64,000 nucleotides of DNA from Candidatus Anstonellales archaeon. GTDB lineage: Archaea; Micrarchaeota; Micrarchaeia; Anstonellales; J096. Shown here piece by piece: positions 45,001 to 54,139 of this stretch (within the stretch, counting starts at the first letter, position 1; every line of letters begins with the position of its first letter). The notes beneath the pieces are model-generated. The model saw only the letters and a program-made list of their open reading frames with translations. It was not told the DNA's origin and made no database searches. The stretch lies in assembly GCA_038890615.1 (NCBI GenBank), contig JAWAFI010000001.1:465536-529535 (forward strand), read 5' to 3'. A program made the translations under genes and the position numbers.

Positions 45001-45219
45001 TCACACCTGCAAGTCCTTTTCCCCTAGCTCCTTGATGCTCTTTACCCCTTTGTGCATTGTTATTACATTGGCAGGGCAGGCCTTTACGCAAAGCCCGCAG
45101 TCAGTGCATTTTTCAGGGATTATTTTCATCCTGTTGCCTGAATAGACTATTGCCTGCGTTGGGCATACTGCTGAGCATCCAACACACACTATGCAAGCAT
45201 CATGCTTAATAGTTATCAT
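45001..45219 (-). CDS. fdx: 2x[4Fe-4S] ferredoxin, co-transcribed upstream of ggr
   Basis: It has CIVCVGCSAVCP and CTDCGLCVKACP cluster motifs. It is 72 aa, and its stop lies 2 nt before the ggr start. Confidence 0.85.
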   Translation of the reverse strand: MITIKHDACIVCVGCSAVCPTQAIVYSGNRMKIIPEKCTDCGLCVKACPANVITMHKGVKSIKELGEKDLQV

Positions 45220-45267
45220 GAGGTAGATTCTGCCAAATGTTTTTAAATGGTTTGCCTATTCCCTTCT

Positions 45268-47577
45268 ATGGCAGAAAAGGGCCTAACACTTAAGCAGGTT
45301 GAGCAGAGCAGGGAAAGGCACGGAAGGAATATAATTGAGGAGAGGCAGAAGACGCTGCTCCACTTCATTGCAGACCAGTTCAGGAATACTGTGCTCTATC
45401 TGCTCATTGCAGCAGTTGCCATCTCGTTCTTTATAGGCGAGGAGCTTGAGGCAATAGGGATAGGTGCTGCAATAGTTCTTACCATTGCCTTTGGAACTTA
45501 CCTTGAGTACACAGCAGACAGGAGCGTTAGGGAGCTAAAAAAGTACATGGCAGAAGAGGTTGTTGTGATTAGGGATGGCAAGAGGCAGCTCATAAAGGCA
45601 GAGGAGCTGGTAGTTGGGGATGCAGTGCTTATGGAGGAAGGGCAGAGGGTAGCAGCTGACATGAAGCTCATTAGCGGCTTTGTTGAGGCTGATGAATCAC
45701 TGCTTACCGGGGAATCAAAGCCAGTTGAGAAGAAGAAAGGCGACCTTCTTTTTTCTGGGAGCAGGATAGTAGAGGGCTCAGGCACAGCTCTTGTAACTGC
45801 TGTAGGCCCTAAGAGCTCTGCAGGAAGGATTGCAGGTAGCTTAGGCAGCCTTGAGAAAGAGAAGACAAACATAGAGGCAATGCTAGAGGATTTGGGCAGG
45901 AAGATAAGCTATTTTGGCATAGCAGTGATGCTTTTTACAATATTTATATCACTGCTTGCTGGGAAGCCAATTGAGCAGGCTTTTTTATTCTCTATAGCTC
46001 TTGCAGTCGCGGTAGTTCCAGAAGGGCTCGTTACAGTTCTAACAATTGTGCTTGCCTTAGGCGTTAGGGAGATGGCAAACCACATGGCCCTTGTGAAAAA
46101 GATGAGGGCAGTTGAGGAGATAGGGCACATCACAGCGCTTGTTACTGACAAGACAGGTACGCTCACCTATGGAAAGATGAAGCTTGCTGCATTCATAGCG
46201 AATGGGAAAAGGTATCCCCCTGCTGAAATCCCGCAGGAATGGAAAGAAGCAATTGCTGCATGCACACAGGTAGAGGAGACAGACAAGGGCCTTGTTGGCA
46301 ATGAGACAGACAGGGCAATAGTAGAAGGACTGGGAATAAGCCTTAAGGGGATAAAGAAAAGCGTTGTCCTATTGCGACCTTTCAGCAGCACAACCCGCTC
46401 AATGTCAGTCAAGTATAAAGGCAGGGTAATCACAAAAGGGGCCCCAGAGTCAGTTGGGATAAATGCCTCTGATTATGAATCATTAGGCAGGGTGCTTGGG
46501 ATAAAATACGGCAGAAAGGAAGGCATAATAATACTTGAGGATCCAATAAGGGAGCAGGCCCCAGAAGCAGTGCGCAAGCTCCAGCAGGGAGGGGTAAAGG
46601 TAATAGTAGTGACAGGTGACGCATTAGGGACCGCCTCTGCTGTTGCAGACAAGGTAGGCATTTCGGGTAAGGCCGTGCTTTGGGAGGATATAAGAAGGAT
46701 GGATGATGAAAAGCTTGCTGAGCGCTTGGGCTCAATAGGCGTTATTGCAAGGTGCCCCCCAGAAGGGAAGCTAAGGGTAGTTGAGGCACTGCTTAGGGCA
46801 GGTGAGAGGGTGGCTGTATCTGGAGATGGAGTTAATGATGCGCTTGCTCTTAAGAGGGCAAATGTTTCGCTTGTGATGGGAAGCACAGGGACTGCAGTGA
46901 GCAAAGAGATAGCGGACATAGTCCTCCTTGATGACAACATGAGCACCATAGAGGGAGCAGTGAATTATGGCAAGCTCGTTTACAGGAATGTGCTTAATTT
47001 CATAAGGTTCCAACTAACCACCAATGTTGCGCTTGTGGCTTTCATACTGCTTTCATTCTTCTTTTCCCAGAATTACCCCCTTACTGCTCTCCAGTTGCTT
47101 TTCATAAACATAATAGTTGACGGCCCTCCTGCACTTGCGCTTGGGTTTGAAAGGTCAGAGGCAATAACAGAGAAGCCTAAGCTTGACAGGAAGCTAGCAA
47201 GGAGCATAATCCTAGCCGGCCTCTTCATGGCCATCCTTTCTTTCATATGGCACGCCATCGCCCCTTATGAAAAGAAGATTACCTACGCATTCTTGAGCAT
47301 TGCCTCTCTCCAGCTTTTCCATGCATTCAATTGCAGGTCAATGAAGAAAAGCTTTTATGAGGGCTCCAACAATGTGCTGCTAACCACATTTGTTGTTATA
47401 ATGGTTGTTTTAGTGCTTACCTTGTTCGATCCTATTGCTCCTTTCTTCTCCACAGTTCAGCTTTCTCTGCAGGAGATTGCGCTTATATTCATTTCCTCAA
47501 CTGCAGTGCTCGGCTATGGCGAGATAGAGAAGCTTTTCCTTAACAAAAATCAAGGAAGCAGCGAAGCCAGCGGGTAG
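45268..47577 (+). CDS. P-type cation-transporting ATPase (type II-like)
   Basis: It has DKTGTLT phosphorylation, TGES, GDGVNDA and PEGL motifs. The listed ATG at 45247 lies inside the TATA-like ttttaaatgg, so the ATG at 45268 (MAEKGLTLKQ) is the likely leaderless start. Confidence 0.9.
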   Translation: MAEKGLTLKQVEQSRERHGRNIIEERQKTLLHFIADQFRNTVLYLLIAAVAISFFIGEELEAIGIGAAIVLTIAFGTYLEYTADRSVRELKKYMAEEVVVIRDGKRQLIKAEELVVGDAVLMEEGQRVAADMKLISGFVEADESLLTGESKPVEKKKGDLLFSGSRIVEGSGTALVTAVGPKSSAGRIAGSLGSLEKEKTNIEAMLEDLGRKISYFGIAVMLFTIFISLLAGKPIEQAFLFSIALAVAVVPEGLVTVLTIVLALGVREMANHMALVKKMRAVEEIGHITALVTDKTGTLTYGKMKLAAFIANGKRYPPAEIPQEWKEAIAACTQVEETDKGLVGNETDRAIVEGLGISLKGIKKSVVLLRPFSSTTRSMSVKYKGRVITKGAPESVGINASDYESLGRVLGIKYGRKEGIIILEDPIREQAPEAVRKLQQGGVKVIVVTGDALGTASAVADKVGISGKAVLWEDIRRMDDEKLAERLGSIGVIARCPPEGKLRVVEALLRAGERVAVSGDGVNDALALKRANVSLVMGSTGTAVSKEIADIVLLDDNMSTIEGAVNYGKLVYRNVLNFIRFQLTTNVALVAFILLSFFFSQNYPLTALQLLFINIIVDGPPALALGFERSEAITEKPKLDRKLARSIILAGLFMAILSFIWHAIAPYEKKITYAFLSIASLQLFHAFNCRSMKKSFYEGSNNVLLTTFVVIMVVLVLTLFDPIAPFFSTVQLSLQEIALIFISSTAVLGYGEIEKLFLNKNQGSSEASG

Positions 47578-48641
47578 CCTTCTAATTTCCACCGTTTTTC
47601 CTTGAGCCATTCCTTACCGAGCCTTACTATCAGCGCGTGGAATTCCTTGTAGAGCTTAGCATTGCGCGGCAGGGCAGATACGAAGAGCCATGCGTAGTCA
47701 TCATAGGTTTTTCTCTTTATGCCATGCACCTCAAGCATCCTCCTTGTATAAGCATCAACAACAAAGTACGGCTTTCCATAAGCATACAAGAGGATGGAGT
47801 CAGCAGTCTCAGGCCCAACCCCTTCCAGGGCAAGGAGCTCTTCCCTTCCTGCGCTTCTCCTATGCGCTAGGAAAAACCTTGCTATCTTTTTTATCCGCTT
47901 TGCTTTCTGCCTGTAGTAGCCAGAGCTTCTTATTGCTTCCTCTACTGCTTTTAGCTTAGCATTTGCAAGCTTTTCAGGCCTCAGCAGGTCAACTCTTTTT
48001 AGCTCTGCTATCGCCTTTTCTACATTGGACCATGCAGTATTCTGTGTTAGAATTGCCCCAACCATCACCTCAAACCTTGTTTTTGCAGGCCACCATCCCT
48101 GAGGGCCATAATAGGAAAAAAGAACCTTGTAAGCATTCCTAACAAAGGCCTTTTCTCGCACGCTTTCTTTCAGCTCTTTGCTCCAATCAACCTTTTCGCC
48201 CCTGCCTGCCTTGAACATTTTAATCACTTTTTTTGCTGCTTCCTTTGCGCTTATTCCTGTAGTGTCAACCTCAATCGCTTTTGCATAATTCTGCTTTGCT
48301 TTAAGAAAGCAGTAGTCAAGCATCTCTGCTTCAACGTTGATCTCAACCTTTTTAACGCTGTAGCCCCTTTCCCTAAGCCTTCTCCTGAGTTCATCAGGAT
48401 GGCACCTCAATACAACAGCTGTTTTTTCCCCAAAGTTGGCTTCGCACAAAACATGCCCTTCCTTGACACCTTCAAGCCTCTTCATTGATTTCCTAAGGGC
48501 TTCTACGCTAACCTCCCCTTTTTTGATAAGCCCTGCTTTTTTTGCAACATCTGCGCTGCTTATGTAACTTTGCCCAAGGGCCTTTGCAACCTCTTTTGTC
48601 ACTGAGGTTTTACCTGTCCCAACTGAGCCGGTTATTATCAT
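47550..48641 (-). CDS. Fusion protein: N-terminal Fap7/adenylate-kinase-like P-loop NTPase plus C-terminal endonuclease-III-like HhH-GPD domain (start moved to MIITGSVGTGKTS)
   Basis: The N-terminus has the Walker A GSVGTGKTS and a short AK-like core. The C-terminus has LLALEGVGPETADSILLYAYGKPYFVVDAYTRRML, the HhH-GPD hallmark. Confidence 0.6.
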   Translation of the reverse strand: MIITGSVGTGKTSVTKEVAKALGQSYISSADVAKKAGLIKKGEVSVEALRKSMKRLEGVKEGHVLCEANFGEKTAVVLRCHPDELRRRLRERGYSVKKVEINVEAEMLDYCFLKAKQNYAKAIEVDTTGISAKEAAKKVIKMFKAGRGEKVDWSKELKESVREKAFVRNAYKVLFSYYGPQGWWPAKTRFEVMVGAILTQNTAWSNVEKAIAELKRVDLLRPEKLANAKLKAVEEAIRSSGYYRQKAKRIKKIARFFLAHRRSAGREELLALEGVGPETADSILLYAYGKPYFVVDAYTRRMLEVHGIKRKTYDDYAWLFVSALPRNAKLYKEFHALIVRLGKEWLKEKRWKLEGYPLASLLP

Positions 48642-48958
48642 ATGAACCTTGTCCCGCAAGAAGGGCATTGGGTTAGGTAGGCCTCGCTCCTGTAGCCGCA
48701 GATAGGGCATACATAAATGCTCCTTGTCTTGTACCTTTCTGCTGCGAAATCATACTTGCACTTCTTGCACCTTTCTGCATCAAGCTCATTCAGCTCCTTG
48801 CAGTTTGGGCACCTCAATTTGAACATAGTGCTTATATGCGTTCCGCACTTTGGGCACCTTTTCATGTCCAATGTTATTGCTGTGCCGCAATCAGGGCATT
48901 TGTAGGTCTTGCCCTTTTTTGGCAGAATAAAATCAAATAGACCTTCTAAAAGCCCCAT
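48638..48958 (-). CDS. Multi-zinc-ribbon protein (six CxxC pairs), 106 aa
   Basis: It has CPDCG, CPKCG, CPNC, CKKC, CPICG and CPSCG pairs. Its stop lies 3 nt before the downstream kinase/HhH start. Confidence 0.5.
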   Translation of the reverse strand: MGLLEGLFDFILPKKGKTYKCPDCGTAITLDMKRCPKCGTHISTMFKLRCPNCKELNELDAERCKKCKYDFAAERYKTRSIYVCPICGYRSEAYLTQCPSCGTRFI

Positions 48959-49949
48959 AAAGCGCTCCTAAAAGTATGAATGCAGCCCCGCAGGCAGGCG
49001 ATGTGCCTTCAGTAGAGCTTGTTCCCCCACTAGTACCTGTTCCGCTACCCCCTCCACTGCCTCCTGTGCTTCCTGTGCCCCCATTGCCTGTGCCTCCTCC
49101 TATTATGCCACCAATCCCTTGGCACTTTTCATTATAAGAAGCAACTGCATTGCTTAGTGTTGAAAAATCAGACTCCTGCACTGTGCCTGCCTTTATCCTT
49201 GTCCTTATCTCGCTTTCCAAAGAGGAATCGAATTGATTGTTGCAATCCTGCTGCTTTGTCTGCATTATGCTCTCAAAGCGCTGCCAGTTGCCAACGCAGG
49301 CATCAACTTCACTGCTGTAAGTGGCAAGCCTACCTTCTATGTTGGTAACTGCAGAGAATCCCTCTTGAAGCTTGCATTGGGCAACCATGTCTTCTATGTT
49401 TATAAGCTCTGCCTTTATGCCATCAAGGTGGTCGAGTGCATTGCATTCTTTGTTTTTGCCCTTCTGCTCTATCTTTGAGATCTCACCCCTTGCTTTTGCA
49501 ACCTTCTGGAGTATCTGCTGCTCAAGCGCTGTTGCCCAGTGCTCAAAACTTAAGGAGAATGTTTTTAGATACTGATACTGCCCTTCCTCAACTTTAAGCT
49601 GTATCAAGTCTGAGCTGTAAGTGCCATTGCCTTTCCCTCCAAGCTTCAGTGGAAGAACTAGGTTGCATGTTTTTCCTGAAGCCCCTACTGTGCAGAGGAG
49701 CTTGTATTCCCCCCATTCTTCCAAGTAAGTATCGTATAGCCGGTAATACACAGGAGTTGACTTCCCAGGAGAGCTGAACTGGAGCCCAACATCTATTGTT
49801 GCAGGCCCTCCGTTGTCAGCGCAGTTGTTCACCAATGCATTTCCAGTGCCGCCGCTTGTCCCAAGTATTTTCAAAGTTACCTCCATTGGGAACCCTGTTT
49901 GGGAATAAGCCAAAGAGAACAAAAGAACCAAGGCAAGCATTTTTTTCAT
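48933..49949 (-). CDS. Secreted cell-surface protein with Gly/Thr-rich linker and C-terminal TM anchor (sortase-like sorting signal candidate)
   Basis: It has the signal MKKMLALVLLFSLAYSQTG. The C-terminus is GGGTGNGGTGSTGGSGGGSGTGTSGGTSSTEGTSPACGAAFILLGALYGAFRRSI, in the order linker, hydrophobic stretch, then RR. Confidence 0.5.
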   Translation of the reverse strand: MKKMLALVLLFSLAYSQTGFPMEVTLKILGTSGGTGNALVNNCADNGGPATIDVGLQFSSPGKSTPVYYRLYDTYLEEWGEYKLLCTVGASGKTCNLVLPLKLGGKGNGTYSSDLIQLKVEEGQYQYLKTFSLSFEHWATALEQQILQKVAKARGEISKIEQKGKNKECNALDHLDGIKAELINIEDMVAQCKLQEGFSAVTNIEGRLATYSSEVDACVGNWQRFESIMQTKQQDCNNQFDSSLESEIRTRIKAGTVQESDFSTLSNAVASYNEKCQGIGGIIGGGTGNGGTGSTGGSGGGSGTGTSGGTSSTEGTSPACGAAFILLGALYGAFRRSI

Positions 49950-49982
49950 GCGTATTATTAAAAAAAGAGTATTAAATAGCTT

Positions 49983-50591
49983 ATGCTTGCAGCGCTTTTT
50001 TCAGGAGGCAAGGACAGCACGCTTGCAGCGATATGGGCAACAATGCAGGGCTTTGATGTCACGCTAATTACTATAAAGCCAAAGCCTTACTCAATGCTTT
50101 TCCACCATCCAAACCTCCATCTAACTCCTATCCAGGCGAAACTCATGGGGCTTAAGCACAAGTTTGTTGCTTCCAAAGGGAAGGATGAAGAAGCCCTTAA
50201 GAAAGCACTGAAAGGCTTTGAAGGGGTTGTTTCAGGAGCAATAGAAAGCGAGTACCAGCGCAGGATAATAGAGGAAATTGCAGAAGGGCTTGGAATTCCT
50301 TCCTATGCTCCTCTCTGGCACAAGGGCGTCCTTGAAGACGTGAGTAGCCACATGGAGGCTTATGTTTCTGCAGTAAGCGCAGATGGCTTAGGCAAGGAAT
50401 GCCTAGCAAAAAAGTTTCCAGTGAATAGCCTTCCCAAAGGGGTCCACCCTGCGTTTGAAGGAGGGGAAGGGGAAACCTTAGTATGCTATGCGCCCTTGTT
50501 TTCAAAGCGCATAGTGGTTGGCAAGTGGAGGATAGAGTGGGATGGCATAAGGGGGGTTGCCTCTGCTGAAAAGTGGCATCTTCTGCCTTAG
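49983..50591 (+). CDS. dph6: Diphthine-ammonia ligase (Dph6-type PP-loop ATP pyrophosphatase, MJ0570 family)
   Basis: It has MLAALFSGGKDST PP-loop, E..Y and GEGGE motifs. It is 202 aa. Confidence 0.75.
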   Translation: MLAALFSGGKDSTLAAIWATMQGFDVTLITIKPKPYSMLFHHPNLHLTPIQAKLMGLKHKFVASKGKDEEALKKALKGFEGVVSGAIESEYQRRIIEEIAEGLGIPSYAPLWHKGVLEDVSSHMEAYVSAVSADGLGKECLAKKFPVNSLPKGVHPAFEGGEGETLVCYAPLFSKRIVVGKWRIEWDGIRGVASAEKWHLLP

Positions 50592-52128
50592 CCAGAAAAA
50601 TCTTTTGTGGAAAAAGTTAAAAGATATGTTTTTAAAAAGAAGGAACGAGTTTATACACATGGAGCAAGCTAGCAAGGATGAGAAAAGGCAAACCACAAAG
50701 CCCTCAGCCAAGAGCTTTTTTAAAAAGGCGAAGAAGGTTGCTGCGGTTGCCATGTTTTCCTCGTTTATTTTGAGCTTTGCTTCCTTTAGTTGCTTAAATT
50801 ATTTATTGCATGAGGACAGGGCCGGGAAAAAAAGGTACGAAAGGATAGTCGCTGAAAGAGAGAAAAGATTGGACGAAAAATGGTTTGCAGAGATCAGCGA
50901 AGGCAGGATTCCAAAAGAGCTTGCAAAGGCAAGCATAGAGATTGATGAAGTTGGGCAAAGGTACCAGCTTGAGGGCATAATAAAGTCCTACACAAGCTCT
51001 GTTGACCTGAAAAATGCTGAGTCGCCGGAGATCTTTATAGAGCTAAAAGAAAAAGGGGAAACAAAGCTTGTTACGCTTAAGGATGCCAAAGAGATGGAGG
51101 GCTCCATTAACGCAAGGTTGGAAGCACAGATAGAGGAAACCCGCTCATTGTTGGGCTACATTAAAAAATTAAAGGAAGAAGGGAAATACAAAGAAGCAGA
51201 AGAGGCCTTTGTAAGGCTTTCAGATTACCAGAAGGAGATCGACAAAAATGTTGAGGAATTAAAAAAATTTGAATATATATACAACCAATTCCTGAAGGTC
51301 TTTGACGCTTTGGATTTGCTTTTCTCCACTCCGTGCAGCTTTATGGATGGGTTATCATGGGGGCATTTTGTTATCGCAAGGTCTCCGAAGTTTGTGCTAA
51401 GCTTTGATGAAGAAAAAGATGAGCTTACAGGAAAGTTTAGGACTGCCTCTGCGCATGAAAACGAGGTTATAAGGATAAACATAAAATTCTTTGAGGAGAA
51501 GTCGGATGAGCCCTTTAATCTTGCATCTGTAATCGTTCACGAAGCAGCCCACCTATATTTCGACTACGGCCAAATAAATGAGAAGAAGCACCCTTATTCA
51601 GCGCTTGCAAAAACAAAGCTGAAAATATTAGAATGGGACCTAAACCTTTTCGGAGGGCTATACAATCTTTTTGGAAATAAGGAAATCTCAGATAGAACCG
51701 AAGAAGCTTATTCAAGCATCCTTTCTGAGTCAAAAAGGATTGATGAGGACAGCTCTGTTTTGGTAAGCGCCAGGTACATGGAGATGCGTACAACCTACAT
51801 AGAAAAGCTTTTCTTCAGGGATTTTACAAAGAACTATGAAATTCCTCCTGAAAAGCTTGATTGCCTGTTTGCTTACGAAAAAATTCGCTATCCTGTGCAC
51901 AAGAAGAAGGAAGCAGATTTTCTGATTTTCCTGAATTCATTGGAAGAAATTAGGGGTCTTTCTTTTTTGGCTGCTCTGAATTTTTGCTTCCTATGGATTT
52001 TCATTTTAGCGGCTGAGCGCGTAAACAGCTTCTACCAATTAATAAAAGAGCTTATGGGCGCTGGAAAATCTGGGATTAAGCAGAGTGGCAACTCTCTTGA
52101 AGAGAAGTCAAAGGAGCAAGGGCCATAA
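50557..52128 (+). CDS. Membrane-anchored hypothetical protein with HExxH zinc-metallopeptidase-like motif (start possibly MEQASKDE at about 50659)
   Basis: VIVHEAAHLYF (HEAAH at 51538-51552), an N-terminal TM (VAAVAMFSSFILSFASF), a long coiled-coil region, and a visibly AT-rich sequence. Confidence 0.45.
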   Translation: MPLLKSGIFCLSQKNLLWKKLKDMFLKRRNEFIHMEQASKDEKRQTTKPSAKSFFKKAKKVAAVAMFSSFILSFASFSCLNYLLHEDRAGKKRYERIVAEREKRLDEKWFAEISEGRIPKELAKASIEIDEVGQRYQLEGIIKSYTSSVDLKNAESPEIFIELKEKGETKLVTLKDAKEMEGSINARLEAQIEETRSLLGYIKKLKEEGKYKEAEEAFVRLSDYQKEIDKNVEELKKFEYIYNQFLKVFDALDLLFSTPCSFMDGLSWGHFVIARSPKFVLSFDEEKDELTGKFRTASAHENEVIRINIKFFEEKSDEPFNLASVIVHEAAHLYFDYGQINEKKHPYSALAKTKLKILEWDLNLFGGLYNLFGNKEISDRTEEAYSSILSESKRIDEDSSVLVSARYMEMRTTYIEKLFFRDFTKNYEIPPEKLDCLFAYEKIRYPVHKKKEADFLIFLNSLEEIRGLSFLAALNFCFLWIFILAAERVNSFYQLIKELMGAGKSGIKQSGNSLEEKSKEQGP

Positions 52129-52165
52129 GGGAGGTAAAGCAATAAATCCCTTTGCATAGTATATT

Positions 52166-52717
52166 ATGGCGCTCAGGTTCCTTGCTGATGAGATGCTCAA
52201 GAAATTGGCCAAGTGGCTTAGGGTTTTTGGGGTTAATATAGAATATGATTTTGTAGTTGGAAAAACTGATAGGGAGATCATAGAATACGCTAGGAAGAAA
52301 AGATTAATATTTCTTACAAAGGACATGAGGCTGGAGCCCTCTCTTAGGAAAAGAAAGATAAGGCATTTTCTAGTCCACTTCAATGATATAGATGACCAGA
52401 TTGCAGATGTGCTCAGTGCCTTTGGCATAAAGCCTGACTTAAATAAGACAAGGTGCCCGTTCTGCAATGGCATTTTGTACATTACCAAAAAAGCAAGGGA
52501 ATCAGAGGCGCCAGCAGGTGTTAGAAAGAAGAGGAGAAAGTTTTGGAGATGCAGGAAATGCAAAAAGGTTTATTGGAAAGGGGGGCACTGGAAAAACATA
52601 GAAAGGAGGATAAGGAAGGTGCGCACAAGATTAGCCACCAACAGCCTCAAACCTTCTGAGCCCAAAGTTCCACATGAGCGCAAGGAGCAAGGTGCTAAGC
52701 AGGGCCATCACAGCTGA
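52166..52717 (+). CDS. Mut7-C RNase domain (DUF82, PIN-like) protein with C-terminal zinc ribbon
   Basis: MALRFLADEMLKKLAKWLRVFGVNIEYD is the DUF82/Mut7-C N-terminal signature. CPFCNG...CRKCKK is a zinc ribbon. The tail is basic. Confidence 0.75.
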   Translation: MALRFLADEMLKKLAKWLRVFGVNIEYDFVVGKTDREIIEYARKKRLIFLTKDMRLEPSLRKRKIRHFLVHFNDIDDQIADVLSAFGIKPDLNKTRCPFCNGILYITKKARESEAPAGVRKKRRKFWRCRKCKKVYWKGGHWKNIERRIRKVRTRLATNSLKPSEPKVPHERKEQGAKQGHHS

Positions 52718-53401
52718 TGGAAGAAGGGGGCCGCAGTCATTGCTTATGAGCGCTTCAACAGGCAGCGCAGCAACAAAGGCAATCGGTATTATGAAAGAGA
52801 AGAGCACCTGGAATGCTCCCTTGAGGTCGCCAAGGGGCATGTTGCCATACCTAACGAGCGCCCATCCAACCCTCATCAGCGGCTTTGCGACCTTGTCAAA
52901 TACAAGGTAAGTGGCAAGCATTATATTTAGCAGGTTGAACATTATTAAAGCGCCAAGGAGTATCATTACTAAAAAGCAGGCAGTAATCTCCACTCCTGTG
53001 TAGGCGGCGAATGAAAATAGCGCAATCGCGTTAAGCATAAACTGTATTATTCCATAAGGAAACAGGTTCAGGCCGTACATGTAGAAAAGCGGGTGCAGTG
53101 GCTTTGTAAGAATGTTTGAAAGCAGCTTCCTACCTTCCTTCTCAAACCATATCCATATGTCCCAGTATCCCAGCGCATCCATAAATGCAAACATCATGCT
53201 GTAGGACATTGAAAGAATGGTCAGGTATTCAAAGCTCCACCCTGAAAGAAGGTTTTTTCCCCCTCCTGTGACAACATACCACATCGCAGGTGTTATGAAA
53301 ACCCCTATAAGAAGGGTCATTACAGAGTAAACAAGCTCTATGCGGTACTGTTCATACCTTTTCAGGGAATTCAAAAGGAAACGGTAGGCTATTTTAATCA
53401 T
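52631..53401 (-). CDS. ABC-2 family transporter permease (paralog B)
   Basis: It has 6 TM and the C-terminal ...FGLRRFEAVGG, paralogous to the upstream permease (...FEAQGG). The operon includes an ABC ATPase. Confidence 0.6.
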   Translation of the reverse strand: MIKIAYRFLLNSLKRYEQYRIELVYSVMTLLIGVFITPAMWYVVTGGGKNLLSGWSFEYLTILSMSYSMMFAFMDALGYWDIWIWFEKEGRKLLSNILTKPLHPLFYMYGLNLFPYGIIQFMLNAIALFSFAAYTGVEITACFLVMILLGALIMFNLLNIMLATYLVFDKVAKPLMRVGWALVRYGNMPLGDLKGAFQVLFSFIIPIAFVAALPVEALISNDCGPLLPSAVMALLSTLLLALMWNFGLRRFEAVGG

Positions 53402-54139
53402 TTATCCACCCTGCGCCTCAAACACTTTCCATCCTTTATTGTGGAGCACAAAGCCTGCAGAGCCTATAACTAAGCTCCATGCCGCCAGGGCAACGTAGGA
53501 CTCTACCGGGAGATACCCATGGAGAACTGCCTCAACCAAAAAGAAGCCCTTGTGCACAAAAGGGGTTAGTGAAAGGATGCCAAGCATTGCAGGGGCTGCG
53601 AGATATAGCGGGAACATCCTCCCTCCAGTGAGGAGGTCGCTGAACCAGACAACGACCCTTATGCCCCATGTTGTGTGCGTGAAGAAGGTAAAACCGCTTA
53701 TGAGATATGCCAACGAAGCCTCAAGCATCAATGCAAAAGGCACTGAGACAATAAGCACAGGTATACTTACCCATATGCCTAGCATGTGGAGCGCTAAAAT
53801 TCCAACTGCAGCTCCGCTCAGGTAGGGGAGTGCCATTTCACCCAAATCATAGGAAAGCCTGAAAAGGAAAGCGTCAACAGGCTTGGCAAACTGCACATCC
53901 CAACCTTTCCTAATTGCTGTCTGATAGTTGGAGCTTATGGTGTTGTATATGTCCCCTGTAGGGAGAAGCAGGTTGACCACTATGAAGTATGGAAGGAAGT
54001 CGCTACTCGTAAGAAGCCTCCATATTGCGTAAAGAACAACTATGCTTATTAAATAGTAAAGCAGGTCACCCACTATACCTTCTCTGTACTCAAGGTTTTC
54101 CTTAACACCCGCTATGAAAGCCCCTATATACCTTCTCAT
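53402..54139 (-). CDS. ABC-2 family transporter permease (paralog A)
   Basis: It has 6 TM with the same family tail, abuts the next permease, and overlaps the ATPase stop by 4 nt. Confidence 0.6.
   Translation of the reverse strand: MRRYIGAFIAGVKENLEYREGIVGDLLYYLISIVVLYAIWRLLTSSDFLPYFIVVNLLLPTGDIYNTISSNYQTAIRKGWDVQFAKPVDAFLFRLSYDLGEMALPYLSGAAVGILALHMLGIWVSIPVLIVSVPFALMLEASLAYLISGFTFFTHTTWGIRVVVWFSDLLTGGRMFPLYLAAPAMLGILSLTPFVHKGFFLVEAVLHGYLPVESYVALAAWSLVIGSAGFVLHNKGWKVFEAQGG

Noticed and set aside
45498-47258. Multiple minus-strand ORFs antisense to the P-type ATPase
   Set aside because: They are shadow ORFs within a gene carrying all P-type ATPase motifs on the plus strand.
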